The notes under the pieces are model-generated. The model was not told the DNA's origin, made no database searches, and saw only the letters and a list, made by a program, of their open reading frames with translations. Position numbers and translations under genes: made by a program. A stretch of DNA of 61,718 bases, counting the filler, from Choristocarpus tenellus KU-1152 (lineage: Eukaryota > Protista > Phaeophyceae): assembly GCA_964200185.2 (NCBI GenBank). It is 13 parts of 13 records of this genome, joined end to end, with 100 filler letters (N's around TTAATTAATTAA, not from the genome) between each part and the next. Parts side by side here need not be neighbours in the genome. Positions count along the whole stretch, not along the records: positions 37,541 to 40,177 come from CAXNAD020026070.1; positions 40,278 to 54,069 come from CAXNAD020001365.1; 11 more parts are not named here. One strand, written 5' to 3'. Shown in pieces: positions 39,698 to 52,161 of the stretch; the stretch's first letter is position 1; the number at the start of each line of letters is the position of its first letter.

Positions 39698-40277
39698 CTG
39701 GTGGTGGACACGGCGGAGAACGTTGTTGAGGAGAGGAGGGGACGATGGTGGCGTAAAAAATGGGATAGTGTAATGGAAGAACGATAGCATGTCAATCGAA
39801 CAGAGCAAACGATACGGTTGACGTGGTGAACGCATCTAATGGAGGCGGCTTGCGGAGCGAAATAGTTTGAAAGAAGTCTGTAGGTTACGACAGTGACACA
39901 TGTTGAGGCGGAAACGAGGTGCAGATTGAAGGCAACGGTTGGCTATTCCCGCGATTAGCAATGAAAGCCGAGATCTTACAAAACATCATCGCTTGTTGTA
40001 GGGAAGGCAACTCTATCGCTCATCATGATGACGAAGACCCACCACTAATCCTAGATGCGTCACTAACTGTTGTTGTACCGCCCAGCACAAATATACTTAC
40101 GAACACAGGGGGCACACTCACGGCTCTGACCCGTTGCAGAGGTTTATTCCGACTGCCATCAAGATGTTTGCCCTCAGNNNNNNNNNNNNNNNNNNNNNNN
40201 NNNNNNNNNNNNNNNNNNNNNTTAATTAATTAANNNNNNNNNNNNNNNNNNNNNNNNNNNNNNNNNNNNNNNNNNNN

Positions 40278-40326
40278 GTTAGGGTTAGGGTTAGGGTTAG
40301 GGTTAGGGTTAGGGTTAGGGTTAGGG
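40278..40326 (+). repeat. (TTAGGG)n telomere-type repeat at contig start
   Basis: About 8 perfect units. Shorter tracts occur at ~15135, 40414, 47263, 52687 and 60463. Confidence 0.92.
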
Positions 40327-41447
40327 GTGATGGTGTAGTGTTGTTGTTTAGTGATGAAAAGAGCTTCGAGTAGTGGTGGTGTGTTTGTGAAGGTGTGGTG
40401 TTGTAGTAATGAGTTAGGGTTAGGGTTAGTGGTGTATTTTTGTTGTCTCATGTAGCACTGTTCAGTTCAAGGTTAGGTAAAGCTATCATCAATATATTTT
40501 TTTCCCCTCCTTGTACTTGTTAAGTAGTGTCTTGAGGAGTTTGTACACTGATGGGAGGCGGTTAGACATCAGTATTGATCTGGTCACGTTGACTTGAATT
40601 TTGTCATGTATGAAGTTGGGTTGCATCTCCCATACCATGAGATATTGATATCTCATTTGTTGATTTGATGTATATCAGGAGAATGTTGGAGGGTTAAGAC
40701 GGTACTATGATGCAGTGGACTGTTGGTGGTATCTCATGCGTGTGTGTGTGTGTCTGCTTGTTTGCATGTTTGCATGTTCCTTCCATTTTGCTTTGAGAGG
40801 ACAGGGGTTGGTTCCTGAACAATGGGGTTGTTGACGACAGCATTGAGGAGTTTTCACTTCCCAGGTTCCGAAACACTGCTAACAACATGGGGGTGTGTTA
40901 TCTGGTGATCAACAATGTGAGCACCTGAGTCATGCAGAATAGAGATAGTACTTTCTTTACAGTAGTATATATAGATATTAGTACACTAGTAGCATATATG
41001 GTTACTAATACTCTAATACTATAATGATGAAATAGTACTGTTATAGTATAGTACTATCCAACATTTTCGTTCACAACTCCAATGTCTTTTCCTTGTGACA
41101 GCCCCCAATAAGTTGGTATCTCCTGTCATTCATCACACCATTCCCTTCAGTGGAGTTATTAGTGTTAATGTGCAATGCATACATAGTACCAGAGTTGTAC
41201 GGTGTTTGGGGGTAAAAACGACTCTAATGTAGTTTGGTTTGTAACTGTCACGATAACTGATGTCGCTCTAACCCTAGTGTAACTGAAGAACGGGATGCGG
41301 TTAGTCTGCAGTGTATTTTTTCTCGTCCTATTTTGCATTTTTTTGTATGAAGTAGTCTGTATTTTTTATTCTTATTTAGGCGTGGGTCAGTTGATGCCAA
41401 TTTGTGAAAGCACCTCTTTTCTTTGTATCCAATGGCAGCAGTCCAAT

Positions 41448-41505
41448 ATTATTATTATTATTGTTATTATTGTTATTGTTATTGTTATTGTTGTTATTAT
41501 TATTT
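41448..41505. repeat. (ATT/GTT)n microsatellite
   Basis: Seen directly. Confidence 0.9.
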
Positions 41506-44500
41506 TATCGAACCTCTACCCTCTTTTGTATTGTTCTGACCGATCCCTCCTAACCCTGATCCATCCCTGCACCGTCTTTATTTTTTCAGGAGGAGATGTA
41601 CCACCACTGCTTGGGATTGACAGGGTCTTCGATGGGTGATAGGTGGATCAAAGTGGTAGATGCAGCAGATGTACCAGAGTAAGGGGATGGCAGTGCAGGC
41701 AGGCAGAGCTGGTGAAGAATGGTCCTTGAACAAAACTGTATAGTTGTGTGGAGGCTAAATGCACAAGGCCTCTCCCACTGTCTTGAGTTGTGCTGAAGGG
41801 GAAGGGATTCAAGTGGATGATAGTGGATGATGCAAGTTTGATCTGGAGGCATCTATGGTAATAATATTCAATGGCTCAATGCTTGGAATTGCTGCATGAT
41901 ACCTTATCCTTGGCATGCAAATGGTCATGTTCAAGTGATGTATAATACAGTGGTTGATCTTCCTCAAGTCATGTTGATCAACCTTGGATATCCTACCAAT
42001 TTGTGCTCTGAGAGTACTCATGCATTCATTATGGCATGGACTCTGAGCAGGGGGTATGAGGTTTAGTTCAAATACATCTTACTGGCTACGGTCTGTGGGG
42101 AAAAACGGAAAGTGTCCCATTCATACATTCTACTGTTCTTTCAGTCAATGTGTGGCTACAATCCTTGGTACATTGTTCTAAGCAGTGAAATTTGTAGGCT
42201 ATATATGAAGTTCCCGATGATGTTTTGGAAATCTTTTCCAGCAGACAGGTTTGTTACTACAAGTAGCAGATTACAAGAAGGCAAAACACAGGTGTTGATG
42301 CAATATTGGTGAATGTCGCTCTGTGGGAGGAGGGAGGTGGATCATGTTGTTGTGTTGCTTGTGTTGATGTGGTGTGTATATTGTGAGAGTCAGGTGTTCT
42401 CTGTTTGTCTCATGTTGTGGGCAGTGAGGGTGGTGTTTGTGTGGATGAGAAAGACACTCCACTTGCAATGAAAGTGAAGTGCTTGCAGTATACTGCTCTC
42501 AGATATGTTTCATTGAAGTTCATCATGAAGATTCCCATCAAATATAGTAACTGAAAGACTTGCTGCTTCTGGTTTGACATAATACTATTTCCTTCACTTT
42601 TGCTACTGTTAATTGTTACCTTCACACTTGCCTGGAGTGAGCATAATAATGGTTGGATTAATTTCCTGAAAGCTCTGCCCACAATCACAATGAGTGAAAA
42701 ACGCCAAATAACGGCTCAAGGAGAAAAATTAGCACAGTATCATGAGAAAACCTGCCACAGAACTTCCTTGCCACTTACGTTAAGTATGAGGCATCGCATT
42801 AGCCATTACACAGGTCCAAATTACCACACGTACATGACTGAGATATGTATTTCCTCCCTCTTAGGTCCTTGCAATCTCTGGTGGTTTGGAAATTCAGTTA
42901 TTTTACTATTCAAGGCTTGTCACGGTTATGAGTACTACTACTGCGGTAACGACTGTGGTACTTTGATGGTAGTTTGTTCCGTAGGATTTCGAAGAATTCC
43001 CGCATCTATGCTGGCCAAAAGATTCAGGAGTAATATATATATGAGATGTTATTATGTGTAACATTTTGCAGATGTGTCTAGGAAAAGTCAAAATTAGTGT
43101 ATGAGAAGGACTGTTGCTGTGAATATTCCACTAGTTAGTTGTTGTCAAGTCAATGCAAGAGATACCCCTCTTTAAAAATGTTCACTGCTTGAAAAAGGGC
43201 AATACAACAATGTCTCCTTAAAGGTTAACAACGTAATGTGTACACTGGTATGCTTCCAACCTTGCCGAGATATATGAGAAAGGTGGGTAAGCACCTCTTC
43301 TTGCCCCCTCCCTTGTGTCTTGAGCTCGAAACACTTGATGCAGAGATAGCCACTTGTACAGTAACACACCCTACCTGTCTCAACCAGGGCTTGATAGCCC
43401 CATTCCCACAATATTCTCCAGTTCTCTTCCTTCCTATTGCGTGGGTGGTCGAAGACCTATGGGACAGAGGGAGTAGATTGGTGTAGGCTGCCCTATTTTG
43501 GCTGAGATTTTGGTGGGCAACCTTTTAGTGTCTGCACAATACACTCATAAATGTAACATGTGAACAAGAATATTGCATCTTGATCGGGGCTGAAAAAGTT
43601 TTATAACATTTAATTTCGAACGGAGGAAGAAGAATAAATCAATTTGAACCTTCTCAATACCTCTCCAACCTGTCATCGACTTACCCATGGACGCTTTCAG
43701 AGAACCACCAGGCCACTGTTGTGTCTTTGAGTCTACTCATTCCCGAATCGCTTCTTTCTCTGAATTGGCATCCAAGGCCCAGGGGGGGAGGGCAACTGCA
43801 GCATTTGGGGAGACCATATTCCGCTCGCCACGTTCACAGGCAAACATGGTTTTGACATGCTGCTCCACTTCATCTTCCGAATGTTCTTGCCAGAGGAAGC
43901 ATCGAGGAAGTGAAGTGTCTGAGGGAGTACAAATGTTGGATCAAAGTGGATGAAACATGCTTTTACATGTATGATGAGCAGCAAGAATGTCAGAGAAAAC
44001 GATACACGACCCGATTTCAAAGAGTAAAATAGGTCTCAAGAGATTGCATGCTGGATATTGAACACCTCCTTCTACACCGAAGTACACATGAATACGCCTC
44101 AATAGCCAGGGATTTGGACAAAAAATCTAAAGAACTTTGAGACTTCAGGAACAAAAAAGGAATTCAACATTTCGCGACAACCAACACTTCCCAGGCCTCT
44201 CCTCTAGAACATTAAGTACAATTATTTTAACTACTTCAGCCAATGATACTAATACACTATCGTAAAAACACATTCTAATGAGTGGAACACATCAACAATA
44301 TGCTACAAGTGAGTGGAACATGCTTCTCATAATGCCCATCAAACAAACACAAATAAGCACTTGTTGTCCTGTGCATCTAATCTTGTACATCCACACAAAT
44401 ACAAAAACTACAATTTTTTTCCAACACAGTACCATAGATCACACTGTAAACCTCTATTAAAAAGTGCGTACTCTCAGGGTATACCACAAGTAAGAGGCAA

Positions 44501-45697
44501 ACAAGAATATCACAACTTCAACACTATTTGTCGAACTTAAGGCCCAAGAGGGACATCTTATCCTCACTACCATGTCCCACCTAGTTCTTGCAGTGTGATT
44601 ACCTAAAGTCTAGGAGTCAAGAAGGTTACTTAAAGTGGAGTAATAGCAGGAATGTTTATTTAACCATCCAAGCTCTTTGAACCAACACGGAAGAAACGGA
44701 AAATGCAAAAAAAAGAAAGATGTACCTTACATCCCCATCATTCATTTGTAAAATCGTCCACACACCCTCCCAATGAACCTACTCACCAGAAAACATCACA
44801 AAGGGATCGGATGATAGGGTGATGACTGTAGGCAGGCCGGGCTGTCTGCAACTTATCAAATAGGCACGTATATCCTTCAGTATAGTAGTCCAACGTCTGG
44901 ACACGCAGTCAACATAATTAATTGTCACACAGCGTCAACACATGCACAAAGGCCAAGTCTTTCGTCACCTTGATGAGGACTGTCACAGTGATGGTTTCAG
45001 GTAGTTGGAGTGGTCCTGATTGAAGGCTACTCAATTGCTTCTGTGAGGCTTTGACGAGCTAGTATGGTACTAAGAGTACCTTGTATCTATTTAAGAATAC
45101 CACATGTTACTATGAACCTACCACAAATTTTACAGTGGATACTATTTCACTTTTTATTTCACACTTGTAACATCATTCACAACTTCACAGAGTCATTCCA
45201 AACCTTAGGCATTATGAAATAGTCACAATCACCACCAATCCCTTTCACAAACTCAAGTCATGTGCACAACAGTGATTGTAGGCTAAAGAGGCTGTTACCT
45301 CCATGAATTTGAGATTTCAAACCTAATCATTGCCAGACTTCACTTTAACGGAAATCTGGTTTTGGATACTCAAAGTTCGCATTGCAATCACTTCACTTGT
45401 ACATCAATACTACTATTGACTTATCCTATCTGCTGCTATATCACAAATGCACCGGACAAAGAACATGGTGGTGATAAGATGTAATTGCTAAGAAAGTGGA
45501 GACGGTTCCAGCAAAAGATTTGAGGGAGTAGTACTTGCAACAGATCAAGAATACGTACATAATATGTAGTGCCTATGACCACAGGTTGGAATATTCCCCA
45601 GACTAGAGTGAAGATAATAATCATAGAGAGGAAAACAAACATAGAGCTCTACTTTGGGCGGGTTGCCCGGCCAATCCAGGAAATATCAATGGTCTCT

Positions 45698-46217
45698 GAG
45701 TCTAAATATCTTAGAGGGTAGAGCCGCGTCCGTTTGGCGACCAAAATCCAATGTTGAAATTTTGATCTAATTTTGCTATCGTGTTTGTTAGAAAAAGTCT
45801 ATATCCTTGTTCCGGATACACCTTTTCATCACATACACATTTTACCTACTCCGAAATATTTCGGAGTAGGTAAAATGTCATAAAAAACCAGTGGGAAGCC
45901 ACGCCCCGAATGGACAAACAGGTCAGAGTGAAAGTATCTTGGAGGGTATGAGTTTTTGCCCTGTTTGTCTGTTTGGGGCTTGACTTCCCAAAGGTTTTTT
46001 AATGACATTTTCCTACTCCGAAATATTTTGGAATAGGTAAAATGTATACATTATGAAAAGGTGTACCTGGAGCAAGGATATTGACACTTCCTAATATACA
46101 CAATAGCCAAAATTACATCAAAATCGCAACATTGGATTTTGACCCCCATTGGACGCGGCCGTACCCTCTAAGATATTTTGACTCGCAAAATTCCTACCCT
46201 TTAAGATACTTTCACTC
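45698..46217 (-). mobile_element. MITE family A hosting a second family A copy
   Basis: Outer TIRs with TSD tct/tct; lies in an intron of the PTOX pseudogene. Confidence 0.88.
45926..46184 (+). mobile_element. MITE family A, complete, nested in opposite orientation
   Basis: Both TIRs present; flanks tca/gca. Confidence 0.9.
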
Positions 46218-49200
46218 TCTGCTGGCTAAAAAGTGTCAGGGTTGGCACGACAGTATGATGCTAATCGATCGTTCACGGGATAACATGTATATAGATATCT
46301 GAAATGATGACAACGGTTTCATCCACACAGGACAGTAACAACGGACACAACTTATCAGTCTATCACAATACTTCAATGCTCAAACTTAAGATATAAAAGT
46401 AGTACCCAATAATAGCATCAAAGACCAGAATCCACATACAATCATGAAGTACTCACTCATCACACATGATCCAACAGCATCAATATACTATCTTGATATT
46501 CATCTTAAAATGACCCAACAGCCACAGTTCAGCACCCATACTAGCCCTGTAGCACACCCTCACCCCTCCTTTTCTCACGCCCTTCGCCTGGTTAGGTGGA
46601 GGCAGACATTTGAGCAGGTCCTTGTTGGCCTCAATGAACTCGAAGGTGTGCACAACATGGCTCTCTAGGACCCCACTGAAGTTGTATTATAAGAAAGGTG
46701 AAAAGGGCACCCCTGGAGATCTGTCATACCACTAAAAAACTAATAATAATCAAACGCAGAATTGGCCAGTTTCTGACTTCAAATACTTAGCGTACCACAC
46801 ATGATAACAAACATATGTAGCCAAATGTCACTGTCTGTACCTAACCTCACCCCTCCAATCACAACCAGATTGCGCCATCAACCAACACTCCTGCCAACAA
46901 TATTCCTTGGTAGGTGTAAATGGTGTCATATTTTGACATCGTTATCTCTATTGCACTACAACTACAACTTAATTGTCAAAATAGTGCTGCTAATAATTGT
47001 TATAAACAGCATAGCAACACATAATGGTAAATATAAAAACGAAAAATGAGAAAGTGAATACCTGCAAAATCTGTAGTAATTCTTACATCCCCACTGATGG
47101 GTCCTAGAACAACATATGCGATCAACTTTTTTCAAAGCAATAACAAAAAATCAAACTATAGTGAAGGTAGGAGTATAAAATAGTAGACAGTAATAATAGC
47201 AGCCACTTAGACGCACAACTCAATATATTCTACGTCCATCATGGAAACAAAATGATAAACATCCTAACCCTAACCCTAACCCTAGTCACCCTATCCTCAC
47301 ACCACTAATACAATGAGCACAAGCAACCGCAACTGCTCTTAGTGCCTCCACAATCTTATCAAATCCTTACCTTACACCTCTCAGCACGATTGCCACTCTA
47401 ATCACTACCACAGAACTATATGTTCCTCTTCTTGGTTCATACATCAGTCCTGTTCACTAGACCGGGTAAAAATGTGACAGGACTGGGCAACAGGCCAGTC
47501 CTGATTAAATACTTCAGAGTACCTTTGGACACTACTTGTCCAGGGGCATCGGAATATCGACCAGATGGGGCCACCATCCCATCTAAAATACTCCAGTGGT
47601 TGTTGAAGTATGTTTGAAGAGGCTCGGTCCAGTACCATCAGGGTTTTTTACTGACTGGGCTGTAGGGATGCCCTGGTGAAGCATGAAATGTGCGATTAGG
47701 AAACATGGCTGGTCCAGGGACATCAAATATTGTAAGCAAACTGGGCATGGACTGCCCAGTAACCTCCTAGAACATATTAGATGTTGCAGATCTGGCACGG
47801 ACAGGTCTTGGTTGATCATACTGCAAGTATGATGGTGAGAAATTGCACCTAAAAGTATTTATAAAATTATGTTGTTCCCAAATGGATCTGGGACAATTAA
47901 ACAGTCAGCTGACAGATATTGATTAGGCGGACCCTATCCATCTTGATTGGGGCAGCTGAGGTATTATACCACTTTATAGGACCATGACCTGTGTGAACTT
48001 GACCAGGCCAAAGATCCGACCCCAGTAATAGAAGTTTCACAGGACCAGCTCGGACCGCCAGAGTTCCAGCAAGGCCGGCCTACGGGGGGTAAGTACTCCC
48101 GCAGAAGAGAGTCTTAGGTGACACAAACACAAAACAACCTGTAGAAAATGTGAAAATAGGAATTCTGCAAATTCCAAGGCATGGTCAAGGGGCCGCATTT
48201 CAAGTGGAATCACAAAAACAACAAAGACGTAAAACTCCTCCACTGTCAACATGTCCCTTCTATCCTTAAACAGTGTGCATCAGTCGGACCATGACGCAGA
48301 GGGGCTAATCCTCCGAACAAAACTAGAGATCCGAAGTTTGTCATGGACGTGAAGTCTAAACTTTGAAGGGGTTTGATATGACTGAGGCGCCCAGAAGTGC
48401 ACTATTCAGTGTTCTGTATTTTGTTCAAGAAAAGCTTTAATGGCACTAGACGACCTTGCGGTGACAAGAAACGCAGGCTGTGATAACATGTGCCAATTGA
48501 TCGAGTGCATCCATCCACATCACACTTCACAATGCATTGAGCACAGAAGTTCGAAATGCATTGAACTATACACATGGGGAAGCATGGATTCAGTTTTCAA
48601 AAGCACATTGCTAAGTCCATAGTAAAATGTGGTTCAAAGCATCACAAGGAATGTACAGATTTCTTGGGAAACCATGGTTCTACATCTCTTAAGGACACAG
48701 AATACTAGTAGCATGATCACAATATCAATGTAATATCATCAGTGTAAGGCTCTCTATTAAAAACTACAGCAAGGTACATCACTGTAAGGGGAAGCACTAT
48801 GGATACACAGGGGTACAACTGCAAAACAATGAAAAATAGGTTGGGTGAGGCACAAACCAAAGCACTCCTGAAAATGGTTGATCAATTTCAAACAACCAGT
48901 TCAATTACACACAAGTATTCCTTCCACTTGCCGAGGGAAAGGTTTGTCCTGTCATTCCCTGATTTATATGTATACCAAGTGGCAGCATTATGGAATAGCC
49001 CTTGCACATTGAAGTATGCTGATGCAAGGTGAATTTCTTGCTGTGACCTGTTGAGGCTCAGGGTTTGCCAACTACACTTATTCACAATTGGTACTGCTGA
49101 CATTTTCAAGTGTTTTAGAGTGAGGATTCAAGTACAATTCATGGTACTTTCCCAATATTCTTGAGCTTATAAAAGATTATTATGCCCAACCTATAACAAC

Positions 49201-49348
49201 AGTTTAATGCAATTCTTTAGCAGCACAGGGGTACACCATCATACGAAAGGCATGGTCGGCAACAGCAGGGATAGTGGAACCAGTGAATCCAGCAAAAAAA
49301 AGGATAAGCTATCGACATCTAACCCACACAGGGCATATCCAACTAGCG

Positions 49349-50262
49349 TTATCGTATTGTCTCTATTTCACAAGAAACCTTCTGCTCTGTGGAAAGTCGA
49401 ACAAAAGAAAGGACCGCCATAGTCCCCATCGTTGCTGCCTCACAGCAGGCAAAATACTCCTCCTTGCTCATGGCTCCAGTTGCCCTGCAAGAAAGGACCC
49501 CCCCCCTTGTGCTCAAGGTTGCCAGAACTGCAGTAGAGGAAGCTTCGTCGGCTTCTGCTTTACAAGGGTCAAGCATTACGGATCGTGCAGGTGCACAGGA
49601 TATGCAGCAGGTCACTGACAGGGCAATAGCTGTCATCTCCACGCCAGCATTCAACAAGGCCATGGTCGCTGCGTTGAGAGCAGTGCTTAGGACAGCGCCA
49701 TCGTCCACAATAACCTGTTCAACGCACGGACAATTACAATCAAAAGAAAAAAGACACAACTAAACGCGGTCATAGGGTTCGAGGCAAGGGTAGACACAAG
49801 TACCAAACGCGATACATTGACTTGCCCTGGTTTAACTTTACAGCATTTGCAGCGGACGAACAAATCTCGTTGTACTTGATTCCTTCATTGCTGACCAATT
49901 GGCAAGAGGGAAAAACACGGCAATCAGTTTATAGACACCTGGATTACAATGGAGATGACCGTTCTCGGATAATGTGTCAATAAGATAACTTCCTCGAGAG
50001 ACCGCCGCAAGAACATTCCCCACTCAGCCTCTAGCCCAGATCCAAGGCCCTTTTCCTGCCTAAAGGTTACGTCCACAGTGGCCCTGTCTGACTTCTCCAA
50101 GAAAGCGAACTTCGCAGGGGCTGGGCCATAAACTGCGGCAAGGGTGGATGTGTTTCCCTGAGCAAAGCGAGCTGAGCCATCAGCTCTATTGAGTAGACCC
50201 TGCTCAGTTGCCAAAGGTCGAACCTGGTTCATACTTCTTCCATCCCTCCTTGACAGCACCAT
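49349..50262 (-). CDS. RRP46: Exosome complex component RRP46 (EXOSC5), complete, 229 aa; exons 50262-49939 and 49714-49349
   Basis: RRDGR...RPL...GLLNRADGSARF...LAAVYGP...ATVDV...YPRTVISIVIQ|VIVDDGAVLSTALNAATMALLNAGV...LDP is an RNase PH-like, RRP46-type sequence; phase-0 GT-AG intron. Confidence 0.9.
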
Positions 50263-50520
50263 TGGAGATAATGCAGTGGCTTTTCTTTCCCAAGTTGAGT
50301 TGTTTGATCCCTTCCTTCCCCTCTCACCTTTCGCCAAAACATGGGAGGCCTTTCGACTTCTGATTACTTTACTGGTGTTGAGACTGTCTCTTGGAACTGG
50401 CTTCTTACACGTACGTATTGTCGCTTCTTATCCTTGACCGTTTTCCGATGGCGCAAACTTTACTTCAATCATCCCGCCCCCTCCAGTGCGCCCTCAATAC
50501 AATAACGTCGTGTTGATCGC
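50263..50520. promoter_or_regulatory. Putative bidirectional promoter
   Basis: 258 bp between two divergent ATGs, with CpGs retained. Confidence 0.5.
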
Positions 50521-52128
50521 ATGAAAGGGAAAATGGTCGTGGGTTGGAGGGGTGGTCCCCTTGCCCTCACTTTTGCATATTTTGTGTCACCATCATCCTC
50601 CCTCCTCACCACTTCGACATGTTTGTCTCATCGCATCGGTCATTTCAACGTTTGGGACTACCGAATTGGCTCTCCTTACAGGGGGGCATTGCGAGGAGAT
50701 TCGATATTGCAACTGAATATGGTGCGTGGTGTCGAGACTCTTCAGGATCCGGAACTAGCAGTGCGTTGCCCTTTCGAAGCTGATTTTGCTGCAGGGTTGA
50801 AGAAGTGTGGCCTGGATAGCAAGTCTTGGAGACGGCTGCTTGAGGTTGCAAAGTTGAAGATCTTTGATGAGAACGAGCTCATTATCACAGAAGGAAGTCT
50901 ACCCAGGAACCCAAGAGATCGTGAGTTGTTCCTCATAGTCAGTGGCGAGTGTCAGCTGGAAGTTCGCGGAAAGGCCATGGCCCTCCTCCACCCTGGATCA
51001 TTCGCGGGAGAGGGTAAGTTTAAAGATTAAATACCCCGCCAGATAATTGTGCACTTCACACTTGTTGGGGTATTTCTTCCGCTCGAGACACCAGTAAGTA
51101 TCCTCTTACTCCCGTAACGCGACATCTTTTGCCAGCTTCATACATATCGGGATCGGTAATGCCTCGTTCTGCAACCGTACGGACCAGTCGGGTGGTTGAA
51201 GCGTTGACTTGGCGCTCCGGTGACCTTACTGACTTCATGGCCCGTTCCTCCAATGCAGAGGCTAAGGTATGTTTCATTGCGATTCCGAAGGTTATTGTGA
51301 TACGCGTTTTGTGGCACATAATTTAAGAGTGGAATGTTGCAGTATCTCCAGCGATTTTCTTGTGGTGGTCCTTCTCCTTCAAAATATGAATGTTGAATGT
51401 GTAGATTAAAGCAGACCAAGGCTACAGGTACCCATTGGAAACGACAACGACAATCAAGTCATATATGAAAACAGCAGGTCCCTGATGACAGACAGGGACC
51501 AAAAAGTCTGCGACCACTCAATATATAGACTTACCTCTATGTATGCGATTTCAAGGCACCAACGTTGATTTGTACCTTCAGTATACCTGAACACACGCGA
51601 GCAGCAGTTCCAAAAAAACAATGCAAATGTCTGTGCCAACTGTAACCCTTTGACTAGCTCTGATCCTGACTCTAATCCAGCAGAGAGCATGTATGGAAAC
51701 AGGACATTAAGCGGTGCCTGAAACAGATTAGTTTTTTTTTGTTAATAGACAGTATGGTGTTACGAACAAAACATTGCAACGCACATGGTCGCATTTTTAT
51801 TTTAAAATGATTGAAACTGTCATATAGCCCATTGCCCACCAACATTCATTAGGCAGTTGATACACACACACAGAGACATACATGGAGTAAAATGTACATT
51901 GCATTGCCTTCTCCTTTAACTTAACCCTCAATCGTGTGGGTCAGACCATTAAATAATATTAGTAGTATTACATCCTCCCCCCTCTATCTCACCCACCTGT
52001 GTAATCTTCATCTGCGGGGTTGTGCAGCCATCTTATCATTTTCTCCTGATTGGTTGTGGGTTATGATTGTGAATCGTAGAAAACGACGAACTAGTGCCAC
52101 TGGATTCCCAACCACAAACCCCTCAACA

Positions 52129-52161
<33 letters not shown>

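Larger units (their letters stand above)
43685..46720 (-). pseudogene. PTOX: Plastid terminal oxidase (PTOX/IMMUTANS, AOX family) pseudogene; exon relics 46720-46588, 44896-44787, ~43886-43685
   Basis: FSPFL*YNFSGVLESHVVHTFEFIEANKDLLKCLPPPNQ | TLDYYTEGYTCLFDKLQTARPAYSHHPIIRSLCDVF | NIR(fs)DEVEQHVKTMFAC follows the PTOX C-terminal half (AYxFSExxExHA...LKxLPAP...YY...LFDEFQT...RRP...DVFxNIRDDExEHxKTM). It carries stops, a frameshift and an apparently damaged acceptor. Confidence 0.8.

Noticed and set aside
40278-40326. True chromosome end
   Set aside because: TTAGGG on the + strand at a contig's left end is the wrong orientation for a telomere, and similar tracts are common interstitially here.
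41600-42700. Possible Gypsy integrase relic (minus strand), and a Copia RNase H-like trace near 29600-29790
   Set aside because: Only faint motif resemblance, too degenerate to support without a search.
43736-43745. In-frame TGA as selenocysteine or readthrough
   Set aside because: The same locus also has a TAA, a frameshift and damaged catalytic motifs, so pseudogenisation explains it better.
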